The translations under genes and the position numbers were made by a program. From Gammaproteobacteria bacterium (GTDB lineage Bacteria > Pseudomonadota > Gammaproteobacteria > Steroidobacterales > Steroidobacteraceae): 64,000 bases of DNA. How positions within the stretch are numbered: the stretch's first letter is position 1; every line of letters begins with the position of its first letter. Below, in pieces: positions 47,648 through 57,971 of the stretch. Below the pieces are notes generated by a model. The model was not told where the DNA came from. It saw nothing but the letters and a program-made list of their open reading frames with translations, and did no database searches. The stretch lies in contig JAYVJR010000047.1 in assembly GCA_043769085.1 (NCBI GenBank), positions 10,389 to 74,388 of the forward strand. Reading direction: 5' to 3'.

Positions 47648-50074
47648 TTACTTGGCGCCGAACGAGTAGCTTGCTGTCAGACCGTAAGTGGCTCTTTCGC
47701 CCTGGGTCACGTTCGGCACGAACGCGGCGCTGGTCGCGTTGAGCGGCGGCTGGAAAATTACCGCCGACACGAACTTCTCGTCCAGCACATTGCGACCCCA
47801 GAGCGCCACATCGAGCGGACCCTTGCGCACGCCGATACGCGCATTGACGATGGTTCGCGAAGGAATGGTGGTCAACCCGATCGTCAGGGCGTTGGTCGAC
47901 GAGGTGTAGCTGCCATCGGCGCGCGTGTACATCGTCCAATCGCCCGACACGGGCGTTTCGAAAGCCGCGTAGACGCTTGCCAGCCTGTTAGGTGACCGCG
48001 GCAAAGGCTTGCCGGAAATATCGGGCAGGGTCGCGCCGCGGAACACCAGCGACGGACAGAACCCGAGCGCCGCGGCCGGGATTGTTGTCCCAGTGCCACC
48101 GCAATAGCGCAACACGCCTGCATCGACCGTGCCGCTCTTGAAATGCGTGGGCGAATACGAGTAGGTCGCGCCCACCTGCAGCTTATCGGTGGCAGCGAAA
48201 TTGACACTCAGTTCAAAGCCTTTCGAGGTCGCATCGCCGACGTTCTGCACCAGATTGGTAATGAGCGGCGTAGGCGGTGTCGCCGGAATCTGGATGCCCG
48301 TGTAGTCGATGTAAAACACCGCCAGTTCAGTGCCAAGCCGGCGATTTAACCACTGCGCTTTCCAGCCGATTTCGTAGGTTTTATTCTCTGCAGGATTGTA
48401 GACCTGCAAGTCGGCGGGCACCGGCAGGTTGCCCGCTACCGGATCGGTCTTGCCGTTGAAATAGCCCGAAATCACGCCCTTGGCAGCGGACGCATAAAAG
48501 TGCTGCGACTCGGACAGCGTGAAATCCGCGTGCGTGCGCCAAGTTGTGTAATCGAAAGTACGCTGTTGATAGGTTGCAGGCCCTGCCACAACATTCACGC
48601 GCTCGCGGTTTTCTCGGTCGCGGCGCAGTTCCGCCCCAAAGGTCCACCCGTCAATGGGCTTGAATTCGACCGAGCCAAAGTACGCACCCTGGTAATCCTG
48701 GGCGACAAACCGGGAGAGTTCCAACATGGTCCGGGTCGGATCTTTGGAAACTGCGGCCGGGTTGGCGGCCACGAAGAAAATATCCGCCTGCGGCCGCTCG
48801 CCGGCCGCCAGGTTGCGGCCGTCATAGACCAGACGACCTTTGCTAACGTAATCGTTCTTGCTCAGAAATCCACCAATACCCCAATTGAACTTCTCGCCGA
48901 CACTGCCTTCCAAACGCAGCTCCTGGGTTTTGGTTTGTGTTTCGCCCTGACCAGAGCCGACGAACACTGGCAGCGCTTGCTGCCGCAACACCACGGTGGG
49001 CGCAGCGTTATTAACAATGTTGAACGTGTAACCGCGGCCATTGTTGAAGCCAAGCGCATTGTCGGATGCGTTGTCGGTATCTGCGTCGTAAACGGAGGTT
49101 TGGCTCTTGAGTGTGACTGGGCCGAAGTCATAACTCAGATCCAGTGATGCCAGCGTGACTTTGCGCGAAAATGCCAGCGAATCCGGATTCGCGGCGAGTG
49201 TTGGTGAGACCGGAACGTCACCACAGAAAGCGCTAAGAGGTCGCGCCGTCGGTCCGCAGTTGAAAGCCGGAACAATGTACGCAGGCGACGAGTCGCGCAC
49301 GTCGTCGGTGTGATAGGCGAACACTTTGGCAAGAAATTTTTCGTTAGGTGCGAATTCGAGAGCGATCGACACGTTCTTAGTGTCAAAACCACCCAGGCCG
49401 CCGCTGCGCTCGGCCTGATTGTCCCAGCTGCCATCAAAAGTGTTATAGCTGGCGGCGATTCGCGCTCGGAAGGTATCGCTCAGCGGACCGGATGCCATCA
49501 GACGAAATTCACGTCGGTTGTCGGTTCCGAGAGTTGCAGCCACCTTGCTGGTAAACGATTTGGTGGGTGCCGCTGGCACGTAGTTGATGGCGCCGTTGAA
49601 AGCGTTGCGGCCGTAGAGTGCCGACTGCGGACCCTTGACGACTTCGATGCGATCGACATCGAGTATTTCAAGATTTGTGGCACTCAGATTGGTCAGATAC
49701 ACGCCGCCGTAGAACACGGCAACATTTCGATCCGGACTGCCCAGGTTGGTCTGCGAGATGCCGCGGATGACGGGGGTACCGAGCTGGCTCTGGATGGCAT
49801 CGAAATAGGTCAACCCTGGCGTGAACAGCGCGACGTCATACAGGTTTTGGACGCCTTTGGCCTCGATGTCCTTGCTTGTCAGCACCGATACAGCAACCGG
49901 CACATCGATCAGCGTTTCCTCGCGCTTTCTGGCCGTGACGATAATTTCCTCGAGGCCGATGGACGCTGCCGGTTTGTCCTGCGCCAGACCGATCCCGACC
50001 GAAGTAATCGGCAACATCGCAGCAATGGCCACCAGTTTGAAGCCGCGAATGCGCAGCCAGTCTTGATTACTCAT
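47648..50074 (-). CDS. TonB-dependent receptor
   Basis: Signal peptide, plug motifs (EEIIVTARKREE, IEVVKGPQSALYGRNAFNGAINYV), ends ...YGLTASYSFGAK. Confidence 0.93.
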   Translation of the reverse strand: MSNQDWLRIRGFKLVAIAAMLPITSVGIGLAQDKPAASIGLEEIIVTARKREETLIDVPVAVSVLTSKDIEAKGVQNLYDVALFTPGLTYFDAIQSQLGTPVIRGISQTNLGSPDRNVAVFYGGVYLTNLSATNLEILDVDRIEVVKGPQSALYGRNAFNGAINYVPAAPTKSFTSKVAATLGTDNRREFRLMASGPLSDTFRARIAASYNTFDGSWDNQAERSGGLGGFDTKNVSIALEFAPNEKFLAKVFAYHTDDVRDSSPAYIVPAFNCGPTARPLSAFCGDVPVSPTLAANPDSLAFSRKVTLASLDLSYDFGPVTLKSQTSVYDADTDNASDNALGFNNGRGYTFNIVNNAAPTVVLRQQALPVFVGSGQGETQTKTQELRLEGSVGEKFNWGIGGFLSKNDYVSKGRLVYDGRNLAAGERPQADIFFVAANPAAVSKDPTRTMLELSRFVAQDYQGAYFGSVEFKPIDGWTFGAELRRDRENRERVNVVAGPATYQQRTFDYTTWRTHADFTLSESQHFYASAAKGVISGYFNGKTDPVAGNLPVPADLQVYNPAENKTYEIGWKAQWLNRRLGTELAVFYIDYTGIQIPATPPTPLITNLVQNVGDATSKGFELSVNFAATDKLQVGATYSYSPTHFKSGTVDAGVLRYCGGTGTTIPAAALGFCPSLVFRGATLPDISGKPLPRSPNRLASVYAAFETPVSGDWTMYTRADGSYTSSTNALTIGLTTIPSRTIVNARIGVRKGPLDVALWGRNVLDEKFVSAVIFQPPLNATSAAFVPNVTQGERATYGLTASYSFGAK

Positions 50075-50144
50075 GATCGTTAGCCCCCCAGGAAATCAAT
50101 TGGCGATCGAAACCGAACCGACGTTTACCAGCGCTGCAGCTACT

Positions 50145-50162
50145 TTGCTAATTATTTAGCAA
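50145..50162. promoter_or_regulatory. Candidate operator palindrome TTGCTAA-TTAT-TTAGCAA
   Basis: Perfect 7-bp inverted arms, 71 nt upstream of the receptor start (50074). No cognate regulator gene in the window. Confidence 0.4.
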
Positions 50163-50199
50163 GCGGAACCATACGATGGTTGCTTGGCGGCGCTGCCAC

Positions 50200-51054
50200 T
50201 CAACCCTTGAGCAACGCGCCCGGATCTGTGGCTATCTCTGGAAACTTCCGCTCAAACAAATTGCGCCACGTCGCTGGCATCGACGCGTAGCTGTAAACTT
50301 TGCGGCCGTAGCAGCGCGACACGTAGGCACCCTGGTAGTCGCCCATCTGCAGCCAGGCCGGAAAATCGAGGATGTCGTTGAACATCTGCGCCGCCGGGGG
50401 ATTCTTCATGCGCGGGTTCCACACATCGGCGACGGAGCCGATGTAGGTCGACCAGTCGTTAACCGTGAAGCTGCGCTTGCCGGCCTCGAGCGGTTCGGTG
50501 CGGAACATGATGTCGCCCTGTACGTGCACGCTGTCGCCCTCGACCCAGGCCGGCCCGATGTCGGTCTGGCGCGTCGTCTTCATGCCCGGTGCATCACCGC
50601 CCGTGAAGGCGCTGCCGCCGCGCTTCTCCATGACGGTGGTCGTCACCCGCGGCTTGCCGTAGGGCACGTCGACGGTCTTGCCGGTGAACGGGTTGTCGAA
50701 CTTCTCCAGCAACGTAGTGCCACCCGGCGCGGTGTAGAAGTTGCTGCCGGTCATCTTGACCTCGTACTTGCCGTCGGGCAGATCACGCGTCGTAAACCAG
50801 GCGGCGACGTACATGTCCCAGAACGGCGTCGCGACTTTGCCGGTGACCCCATAGCGCGTGCCCCTCATCCACCAGAACGTTAGCTTGTCGTCCAAGGAAT
50901 AGGCGAGCTTGCGGAACGCCAGCGCCAAGTGCTCCGGATTGGCCGGATCGAAGACCGCACCGCCCTTGCCGGCGGCAAGTGCGAGCGTGGGCAGCGTGGA
51001 GGCGCCGACGGTGGCGCCGGCGAGGAGTCCGAGCGCAGTGCGACGTTGAATCAT
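50200..51054 (-). CDS. Tat-signal periplasmic protein, DUF1838-like (tentative), divergent paralog 2
   Basis: MIQRRTALGLLAGATVGAS. Shares NPFTGKTV and FPAWLQMGD...GRKV blocks with the other two paralogs. Confidence 0.75.
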   Translation of the reverse strand: MIQRRTALGLLAGATVGASTLPTLALAAGKGGAVFDPANPEHLALAFRKLAYSLDDKLTFWWMRGTRYGVTGKVATPFWDMYVAAWFTTRDLPDGKYEVKMTGSNFYTAPGGTTLLEKFDNPFTGKTVDVPYGKPRVTTTVMEKRGGSAFTGGDAPGMKTTRQTDIGPAWVEGDSVHVQGDIMFRTEPLEAGKRSFTVNDWSTYIGSVADVWNPRMKNPPAAQMFNDILDFPAWLQMGDYQGAYVSRCYGRKVYSYASMPATWRNLFERKFPEIATDPGALLKG

Positions 51055-51069
51055 GTGGTTTACCTTTTG

Positions 51070-52224
51070 TTACCAGTTGCGCTTGCTGATGAAGTGCTTC
51101 GACGCCTCTTCAGCGGTTTTCGGCACGTAGCTCGCCTGCGCGTTAGGTCCGTTGCGCGGCACGAACTTGGCAAACACGGGCATCAGCATTTCGATCGGCA
51201 GGTCCGCGATGACACGCGTGCGGCGGAACTCCGCCAGCGGGATCACCGTGGAAACGAACTCTTCGTTGAACGAGCGGGCGCGTGCAGCGATGCGGCCGTT
51301 AGCTCCGAAGATCGCGGTGTCGCCCGAGCCGGAGAATTCCGGGAACCCGGGCTGCTCCGGCGAGATCGAGTTATTGCAGACCACGGTCCAGATTCGGTTG
51401 TGTAGAGAGATCATCTGCGTGTCTTCGAGGCTGTAACCACCGGAGGACGAACTCAAGCGAATTTCCAAGCCCTTCATCGCATGCGCGCGCATCACGTCCG
51501 GCTGCCCGGGTGTGATCGAACAGGATATGTTGCCGATGTCGGTACGCGCGATCGGCAGCACCGCATCCTCGCCGTACATCTCGCGGTACCGATCGAGCAC
51601 GTCATAGATCGAGGTCGTGAAGATATCCCAACCGGGCTTGAAACCGCGGGAATTGTTAGTTTTCCAATGGTTCGCGACCACCTTGCCATCGGGAGCGATC
51701 AAAATGCCATTGAGCAACAGGTGACCAGGCCAGTCCTTGTCCTTCGCATAGGTGCCGAAGCTGAGGTAGCAGCCGTACTGCCTAGCCTTTTTGCCGAGCG
51801 CTTCCGTCTCCGGGCCCGGAACCTCGATCGCGACCCGCAGCACCTCATCGAGAGTCCACGGATTCCATCCCATGATCGGCTGTTCGTGGAAACAGATCAG
51901 GTCCTGGGGACCCGGGAAGCCGTTCGCGGCATCGATCAGCTCGATCATGTGATCGACGTTAGCTTTCATTTCGCGCGCCGGGTTCTTGGTATCGCGGACC
52001 GCGCGGATGATCGACTGAACCGCCGTGACACGCAGCACCTCCTTGCGCAGTGCCACCATCTCGTACTTGCCCTTGTCGTGCACGCTGACTTTCGAGTCGC
52101 CTTGCGCGGCGTTCGCCGCACCGGCACCGGCGCTCAGCGCAGCGGCGGCCGCCCCGAGCGCAGCGCCGCCCAGCAGGTCGCGACGATTGACAGGTCGATT
52201 GGAACCAGATCTTGGATCGGACAC
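51070..52224 (-). CDS. Carbon-nitrogen hydrolase (nitrilase superfamily) with Tat signal
   Basis: GTG start, NRRDLLGGAALGAAAAAL. E-K-C contexts are LICFHE, ANHWKTN and GNISCSI. VVCNN block. Confidence 0.8.
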   Translation of the reverse strand: MSDPRSGSNRPVNRRDLLGGAALGAAAAALSAGAGAANAAQGDSKVSVHDKGKYEMVALRKEVLRVTAVQSIIRAVRDTKNPAREMKANVDHMIELIDAANGFPGPQDLICFHEQPIMGWNPWTLDEVLRVAIEVPGPETEALGKKARQYGCYLSFGTYAKDKDWPGHLLLNGILIAPDGKVVANHWKTNNSRGFKPGWDIFTTSIYDVLDRYREMYGEDAVLPIARTDIGNISCSITPGQPDVMRAHAMKGLEIRLSSSSGGYSLEDTQMISLHNRIWTVVCNNSISPEQPGFPEFSGSGDTAIFGANGRIAARARSFNEEFVSTVIPLAEFRRTRVIADLPIEMLMPVFAKFVPRNGPNAQASYVPKTAEEASKHFISKRNW

Positions 52225-52373
52225 GTTAGCTCCCTGAGTTCGTGGATGAGTGACTGCGATAGGCTGGCAGTCCGCGCGGAATCGAGCTGACCAAAATACC
52301 TCGAAACAAAATCATAAATATCTTGTAATTATTTGAAATTATTCAGATAAACTAGAGATATTGCATGCGCTGA

Positions 52374-53270
52374 TCACGCCAATGGCTTCAAGAACGGTCG
52401 GCGGTCGACGCTCAGCAACTGGGGATGATCCCGTTCAGCGCGGCGGCGAAACTCATCGGGAAGTTCGCCGATATCGCGCAATTTGTAGCCGCTCCACGAC
52501 GCAAACATGTGTCCCGACGCATCGCCCATACCCATCCATGCAGGCCACGGAAATACGTAGGCACCCGACACTTCAGAAGGCAACCATAACTGCGACGAAT
52601 CATCGAAGTTCGCAGCGGGCGTCGACTCGTAGCCCATTTCCAAAAATGTGACTGGCCATGACTCGGGCGGCACTCGGATCGCATCCACTTTGACGAAATC
52701 GCCCTCGCGCCTCAGTACACGGTAGTCGGGACGCGGCGCCACTGTCGGTTTGTCGAGCGTAACGACACCATGCGGCGAACGCACCAGACCCGGGTCACCG
52801 GTTAGCGCCATCGGGGGCACCGGCACGCGCTGCTTGGTGACCGGGTTCAGAACCTCGTCGACAAATGCACCGGTCCGCAAGTCACGTGGATAGGAAAGAT
52901 TGTGGCCGTGAATGCGAAATCGATGCTCGTCGAGCCGCTGGTGTCGTGAAAACTCGATACCCTCCCAGCGCACCACTGGCCTGGGCGCCATGCCGACTGG
53001 GACGGCAACCATGATGAAGTGATACCAATGCAGAATGTCGGCTTCGGCCTCGAGGCTGCGTTGAATACGCATCGTCTGCAGAAAGGTTTCGACCGGATCC
53101 AGCGTGACAAAAGAAGACGTCCATTGACGGTGCTGACCCACTCGCGGTTTGCTAACGCGCTTTGCGTGGGATGCTGCTACCGCAGCGCCAGCTCCCGAAC
53201 CCACCAGCGCGGCCATCACGGCACGACGCGGCCACAGATTCTTTTTTTCGGTGCTATGACCTGAATTCAC
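52374..53270 (-). CDS. Tat-signal periplasmic protein, DUF1838-like (tentative), paralog 3
   Basis: GTG start. WYHF, RWEGIEFS, HGHNLSYPRDLRTG, FPWPAWMGMGD. Collinear with 46663-47622. Confidence 0.75.
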   Translation of the reverse strand: MNSGHSTEKKNLWPRRAVMAALVGSGAGAAVAASHAKRVSKPRVGQHRQWTSSFVTLDPVETFLQTMRIQRSLEAEADILHWYHFIMVAVPVGMAPRPVVRWEGIEFSRHQRLDEHRFRIHGHNLSYPRDLRTGAFVDEVLNPVTKQRVPVPPMALTGDPGLVRSPHGVVTLDKPTVAPRPDYRVLRREGDFVKVDAIRVPPESWPVTFLEMGYESTPAANFDDSSQLWLPSEVSGAYVFPWPAWMGMGDASGHMFASWSGYKLRDIGELPDEFRRRAERDHPQLLSVDRRPFLKPLA

Positions 53271-53360
53271 ACGGTCGCCCTCTTGAACTGAACTGCGATA
53301 GCCTAGAAGCGCTGCACTGGGATATCAATCAAGTGTCCGCCGCACAGCGCAGGTTATTTG

Positions 53361-55775
53361 TCAGCTTCGCAGGCGCGCGCCCTGTGGATCGTAGAGCGGC
53401 TCTGTGCGCACTGTTGCGCGGCACATGTCGCCGAGAATATCAATCTCCAGCGTCTCGCCATCGCGCGCGAGTGCGGTAGGCACGTAGCCGGCCGCAAGGC
53501 TTTTGCCGACGCAGTGGCCATAGGCACCCGAAGTCACATAGCCTACGGGTTTGCCGTCCTGCAGGATGGACTCGTAACCAACAACGTCCACGTCCAGCGC
53601 AGCCACGTCGAGGATAACGAAACGGCGCGACGGGCCGCGGGCGCGCTCGGCAACAGCGGCGTCGCGACCCATGAAATCGTCTTTGCCGAAATCGACAAAA
53701 CGATCCAGCCCGGTTTCCGCCGCGGTGTAATCGGGGCGGAAATCCTTGTTGAACGATCCGTAGCCCTTTTCGAGCCGCAGCGATGACAACGCTCGACCGC
53801 CAAATCTTGTTAGCCCAAGATCGCGCCCTGCTTCCCACAGGTCATCGTAGAGCGTCGCGAAATAGTCCGGTGTGGTCCAGATCTCGTAGCCGAGCTCACC
53901 GGTAAAGCCCGCGCGCGTCACGATCGCGGGCGCGAAGCCAACTGCTGTCTCAGTGACCTGGAACAACTTGAACGCTTGTGCCGACAGATCGGCGCGCACC
54001 AAGCGCTGCAGCAATACCCTGGCGTTAGGTCCGGCAATCGAAACGCCCGCAAGCATGCTCGCGGCTGAGCGCACGAATACATCAGCAGGCGGATCTGATT
54101 GCCAGAACCAACGCAGGTGAAACTCTTCCGCGAACCCGGAACCCACAATGAGGTATCGATCCTGCGCGAGACAGGCAATGGAGAGATCACCGACGATGCG
54201 ACCCGCCGCATTCAACATCGGCGCCAGTCCCAGCCGTCCGGGCTTTGGAATGCGCGACGCGAACACGCGGTCGAGCCATGCACGCGCGCCGCGACCCGTG
54301 ACTTCGTATTTGCCGTAGTTGGTTGTTTCATAAATACCAACTTTCTCGCGCACCGCCCGACACTCGGCGGCTACGATTGGAAATGCCTCGGAGCGCCGAT
54401 AGGTCGGCGTTTCGCGCGGCGGCGCTCCATCGGTGGCGAACCACAGGGCCTGTTCGAGGCCGAAGTTGGTGCCCATGACCGCGCCGGCAGCTAACAACTT
54501 GTCATAAATGGGCGAGCGCCGTACCGGTCGCGCGGCTGGCAACTCTTCATTGGGATAGGCGAGGCGAAATCGTCGCGAGTAATTCTCCGGCACCTTGATC
54601 GAGGTGTATTTTGGCGTGGCAAAACTGCCGAAACGAGCCACGTCCATCGAAATAATGTCCTGGCCCGGATCGTTGTGCGCCATCCAGCGCGACAGCACCA
54701 GCCCAATGCCACCGCCCTGGCTGAATCCAGCCATCACACCACAGGCCACCCAGAAATTTCTCAGTCCGCGAACCGGACCGACCAGCGGATTGCCGTCCGG
54801 CGCGAAGGTGAACGGACCGTTGATTGCCTTGCGAATACCGACGCGGCCTAACGCCGGGAAATGTTTGAAACCGACTTCGAAGTAAGGCGCCAGCCGCGCA
54901 AAATCATCGGGTAGCAGTTGCATCGAAAAATCATCCGGGGTCCTGATGGGCGCCCATGGGATACCGTTAGGTTCATAGGTGCCGATCAACACGCCGCCGC
55001 CCTCCTGGCGCAAGTAGATCTCGCCCGCATAATCGGTCGTGTTGACGATTTCGCGATCGCGCTCCTTCAGCTCCGGGACGTCCTCGGTCAGCAGGTAGTG
55101 ATGTTCCATCGCGAGCACCGGCAATTCGATGCCGACCATATGGCCGACCTCGCGCGCCCACAGGCCGGCGCAATTGACGACATGCTCGGCGTGCACCGCG
55201 CCCTTGTCTGTTAGCACATCCCAGGAGTGATCGGGTCTTTGCGTCAGCGACAGCACGCGCGTAAAGCGTTCGACCGATGCGCCCAGCTGGCGCGCTGCTT
55301 TGGCATAGGCGTGCGTGGTGCCCGACGGATCGCAATGTCCGCCATCGGCGCGCCACAGCGCGCCGCAGAAGTAACTCGGGTCGATCAGCGGATTGAGTTG
55401 CTGCGCCTCCGCCATGGAGATCATCTGCGTTTCCATGCCAAGATAGCGCGCCCGCGAGCAGATGAGTTTCAGGCTGTCGAGTTCGCCCTGGGTAGCCGCC
55501 AACATCAGGCCGCCGTTCGGATGCAGCCCACAGGACTGGCCCGACAGCGCCTCAATCTCGCGGTATAGGTCGATGGTGTATTTCTGCAGGCGCGAGATGT
55601 TAGCTTCGCCATTGAACGTGTGCATGCCACCGGCCGCATGCCAGGTCGAGCCTGCGGTCAGCTCGCTTTTTTCGATCAGCATGACGTCGGTCCAGCCGAT
55701 CTTGGCGAGGTGGAAGAGCACGCTGGCGCCGACCACACCGCCGCCGATGACAACGGCTCGTGCGGAACTTTTCAT
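53361..55775 (-). CDS. FAD-dependent dimethylglycine/sarcosine dehydrogenase-like oxidoreductase with GcvT folate-binding domain
   Basis: MKSSARAVVIGGGVVGAS (FAD fold). About 800 aa with a C-terminal aminomethyltransferase-type domain (GFTGELGYEI). AAGGA RBS before ATG 55775. Confidence 0.9.
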   Translation of the reverse strand: MKSSARAVVIGGGVVGASVLFHLAKIGWTDVMLIEKSELTAGSTWHAAGGMHTFNGEANISRLQKYTIDLYREIEALSGQSCGLHPNGGLMLAATQGELDSLKLICSRARYLGMETQMISMAEAQQLNPLIDPSYFCGALWRADGGHCDPSGTTHAYAKAARQLGASVERFTRVLSLTQRPDHSWDVLTDKGAVHAEHVVNCAGLWAREVGHMVGIELPVLAMEHHYLLTEDVPELKERDREIVNTTDYAGEIYLRQEGGGVLIGTYEPNGIPWAPIRTPDDFSMQLLPDDFARLAPYFEVGFKHFPALGRVGIRKAINGPFTFAPDGNPLVGPVRGLRNFWVACGVMAGFSQGGGIGLVLSRWMAHNDPGQDIISMDVARFGSFATPKYTSIKVPENYSRRFRLAYPNEELPAARPVRRSPIYDKLLAAGAVMGTNFGLEQALWFATDGAPPRETPTYRRSEAFPIVAAECRAVREKVGIYETTNYGKYEVTGRGARAWLDRVFASRIPKPGRLGLAPMLNAAGRIVGDLSIACLAQDRYLIVGSGFAEEFHLRWFWQSDPPADVFVRSAASMLAGVSIAGPNARVLLQRLVRADLSAQAFKLFQVTETAVGFAPAIVTRAGFTGELGYEIWTTPDYFATLYDDLWEAGRDLGLTRFGGRALSSLRLEKGYGSFNKDFRPDYTAAETGLDRFVDFGKDDFMGRDAAVAERARGPSRRFVILDVAALDVDVVGYESILQDGKPVGYVTSGAYGHCVGKSLAAGYVPTALARDGETLEIDILGDMCRATVRTEPLYDPQGARLRS

Positions 55776-55877
55776 GGGCAATCCTTAATTCTTGCGTTGA
55801 ATCATATCGTTTCGTTCCGAACGGCACTGTGGCCCAGCTTGACGCCCGCACCCTCACGCGCGAACCTAGTGTGCGCA

Positions 55878-56813
55878 ATGACAGCCAAGGCCTCAAGAAC
55901 TGTGACCAATGCTGTAAAGCCACTGTGGCTGAGCGTGGCACTCGCGCTGATCGTCGCAGCTCCGCTCCAAGCCGCCGTCGTTGTCTCTTCCAAGCTGTCG
56001 TCCGAATCGGCCATGCTCGGCCAGATGATCCGCCTGGTGCTGAATGCACACGGCATTCCTACGGTTGACCGCACCACACTCGGCGCCACGCCGGTAGTCC
56101 GCAAAGCGCTGATTGCCGGCGAAATCGACATTTACGTTGAATACACCGGCAATGCCGGGTTCTTTTTCAATCGGGCGGCGGACCCCGTCTGGAAGGACCT
56201 GCGCCGGGGCTACGAGCTCGGCGCCAGACTGGATTTCGCGGCCCATCGCATCGTCTGGCTGACACCCGCAAACGCCAGTAATTCCTGGGCACTGGCGGTA
56301 CGGCGTGATGTCGCCACCGTCCAGCGCCTGAAAACCATGAGCGACTTTGCACGCTGGGTCGCAGGCGGCGGCGCGGTGGTGCTGGCGTGTTCGGCGGAGT
56401 TTGCCAATGCCGGCACGCTGCGTTCGCTTGAGAAGACCTACGGATTCCAGCTGCGATCCGACCAGAAGATCGTGCTCGCCGGCGGTGAGACCACTGCCAC
56501 CATCGCGGCGGCGGCCGCGGGCACCAATGACGTCAACACGGCGATGGTCTATGGCACGGACGGCGGCATCGCCGCCGCCGGACTGGTGATTCTCGAAGAC
56601 AACCGGCACGATCAGCCGATCTATGCGCCGGTGCCGATCATTCGGGAAGCGGCGCTCATAGCGAACCCGCAGATCCGCACGTTAGTTGCGCCACTGATGC
56701 AGAGTTTCGATGGCGACACGCTGCGCCAACTCAATGCACGAGTACAGATCGATGGCGAATCGACCCAAGCGGTCGCCGCGGACTATCTCAAGCGACGCGG
56801 CCTGTTGAAATAA
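55878..56813 (+). CDS. Glycine-betaine/quaternary-amine ABC transporter substrate-binding protein (OsmF/YehZ-like)
   Basis: Signal peptide. KLSSESAMLGQMIRLVL...IDIYVEYTGN block. First gene of a four-gene set with the same order and sizes as E. coli yehZYXW. Confidence 0.88.
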   Translation: MTAKASRTVTNAVKPLWLSVALALIVAAPLQAAVVVSSKLSSESAMLGQMIRLVLNAHGIPTVDRTTLGATPVVRKALIAGEIDIYVEYTGNAGFFFNRAADPVWKDLRRGYELGARLDFAAHRIVWLTPANASNSWALAVRRDVATVQRLKTMSDFARWVAGGGAVVLACSAEFANAGTLRSLEKTYGFQLRSDQKIVLAGGETTATIAAAAAGTNDVNTAMVYGTDGGIAAAGLVILEDNRHDQPIYAPVPIIREAALIANPQIRTLVAPLMQSFDGDTLRQLNARVQIDGESTQAVAADYLKRRGLLK

Positions 56814-57971
56814 GTGTTGCAGCGCCTTAGACCGCACAGATTGGGCCTGCTGCTGAGCGCCAGCGGATTGGTAGCGCTGCTGTGGCTGCCGTTCGTGGTC
56901 TTTAAGACCAATCGAATCCTGCCAGGTGTGCCGCATGCGCTGCTCGAGGTGCTAACAACCCCGGTTGCGCTGGCCTGCGTCGCAGCATGGATGCTGGTCG
57001 CAATCACGGCAATGTGGGGCACACATGCGGGCATCAGACTGGGCGCCGCGCTGCTGGGAATCGCCGCTGCCGCGTTAGCCATCGCAGCCGCCTGCAACGC
57101 CTTGACGCCGGCGGGCAACCAGGTCGTGCGGGTCGCGCCAGGATCAGGCTTCTGGCTGTTGCTGATCAGCCTGGCATTGGTGGCAACCGATGCCGTGACC
57201 CGACTACAACTGCGGCCCGCGCGGCGGGTGCTTTTGTTAGCACTGGTGCTTGCGGCACTTAGCGCCGCATTTGCGTTCGGACTATTCGACCAACTGTCGA
57301 TGATGCGCGAGTACGCCGTCAACGCCGAACGCTTCGGCCGCGAATTGCGCACACATCTGTTGCTGGCGCTCGGATCGCTGGCCGCCGCGCTGCTCATCGC
57401 CGCGCCGATCGGCATTCTGTGCCATCGCGTACCCTGGCTGCGCGCGGGTGTCCTCAGCGCTTTGAATTTCATTCAGACAATTCCCGCCATCGCGCTGTTC
57501 GGCATCCTGATGGTGCCGCTCGCGGCGCTGGCGGCTGCCTCGCCGGTCGCCGCTGCGTTAGGCATCCGCGGCATTGGCGCGGCGCCTGCGGTCGTGGCGC
57601 TGTTCCTGTACTCGTTGTTACCAATCGTGGCTAACATCGTCACCGGACTTGGCCGTGTTTCGCCCAGTGCGGTGCAGGCAGCGCGCGGCATGGGCATGAC
57701 CGAAGGCCAGATTCTCATGCGCGTCGAGCTGCCGTTGGCGCTGCCGGTGATCCTCACCGGCATTCGCATCGTGCTGGTGCAGAACATGGGTCTCGTGGCC
57801 ATTGCCGCACTGATCGGCGCCGGCGGTCTGGGTGCCTTCATTTTCCAGGGTATTGGCCAGGCCGCCATCGACCTGGTTCTGCTCGGTACCATTCCCATCA
57901 TCGCGCTGTCTTTTGCGGTCGCGGTGATGTTCGATGCCCTCATAGAATCCATCGACAAGGCACCGCGATGA
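56814..57971 (+). CDS. ABC transporter permease (YehY-like, 385 aa)
   Basis: GTG start abutting the upstream stop. Polytopic, with a BPD-transport EAA-type loop (AARGMGMTEGQILMRVELPLA). Confidence 0.88.
   Translation: MLQRLRPHRLGLLLSASGLVALLWLPFVVFKTNRILPGVPHALLEVLTTPVALACVAAWMLVAITAMWGTHAGIRLGAALLGIAAAALAIAAACNALTPAGNQVVRVAPGSGFWLLLISLALVATDAVTRLQLRPARRVLLLALVLAALSAAFAFGLFDQLSMMREYAVNAERFGRELRTHLLLALGSLAAALLIAAPIGILCHRVPWLRAGVLSALNFIQTIPAIALFGILMVPLAALAAASPVAAALGIRGIGAAPAVVALFLYSLLPIVANIVTGLGRVSPSAVQAARGMGMTEGQILMRVELPLALPVILTGIRIVLVQNMGLVAIAALIGAGGLGAFIFQGIGQAAIDLVLLGTIPIIALSFAVAVMFDALIESIDKAPR

Noticed and set aside
55620-55877. An N-terminal extension of the substrate-binding-protein ORF would overlap the 5' end of the DMGDH-like gene.
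   Set aside because: The extension has no signal peptide and is antisense to a well-supported gene. ATG 55878 gives a normal signal sequence.
14500-56000. GTTAG versus CTAAC strand preference flips between regions (plus-strand GTTAG-rich at 14.5-24 kb and 46-56 kb, CTAAC-rich at 24-35 kb). I considered this as a replication origin or terminus signature.
   Set aside because: The orientation changes several times within 40 kb and follows neither gene strand nor one switch point. The 6-mer totals are balanced (about 42 vs 38).
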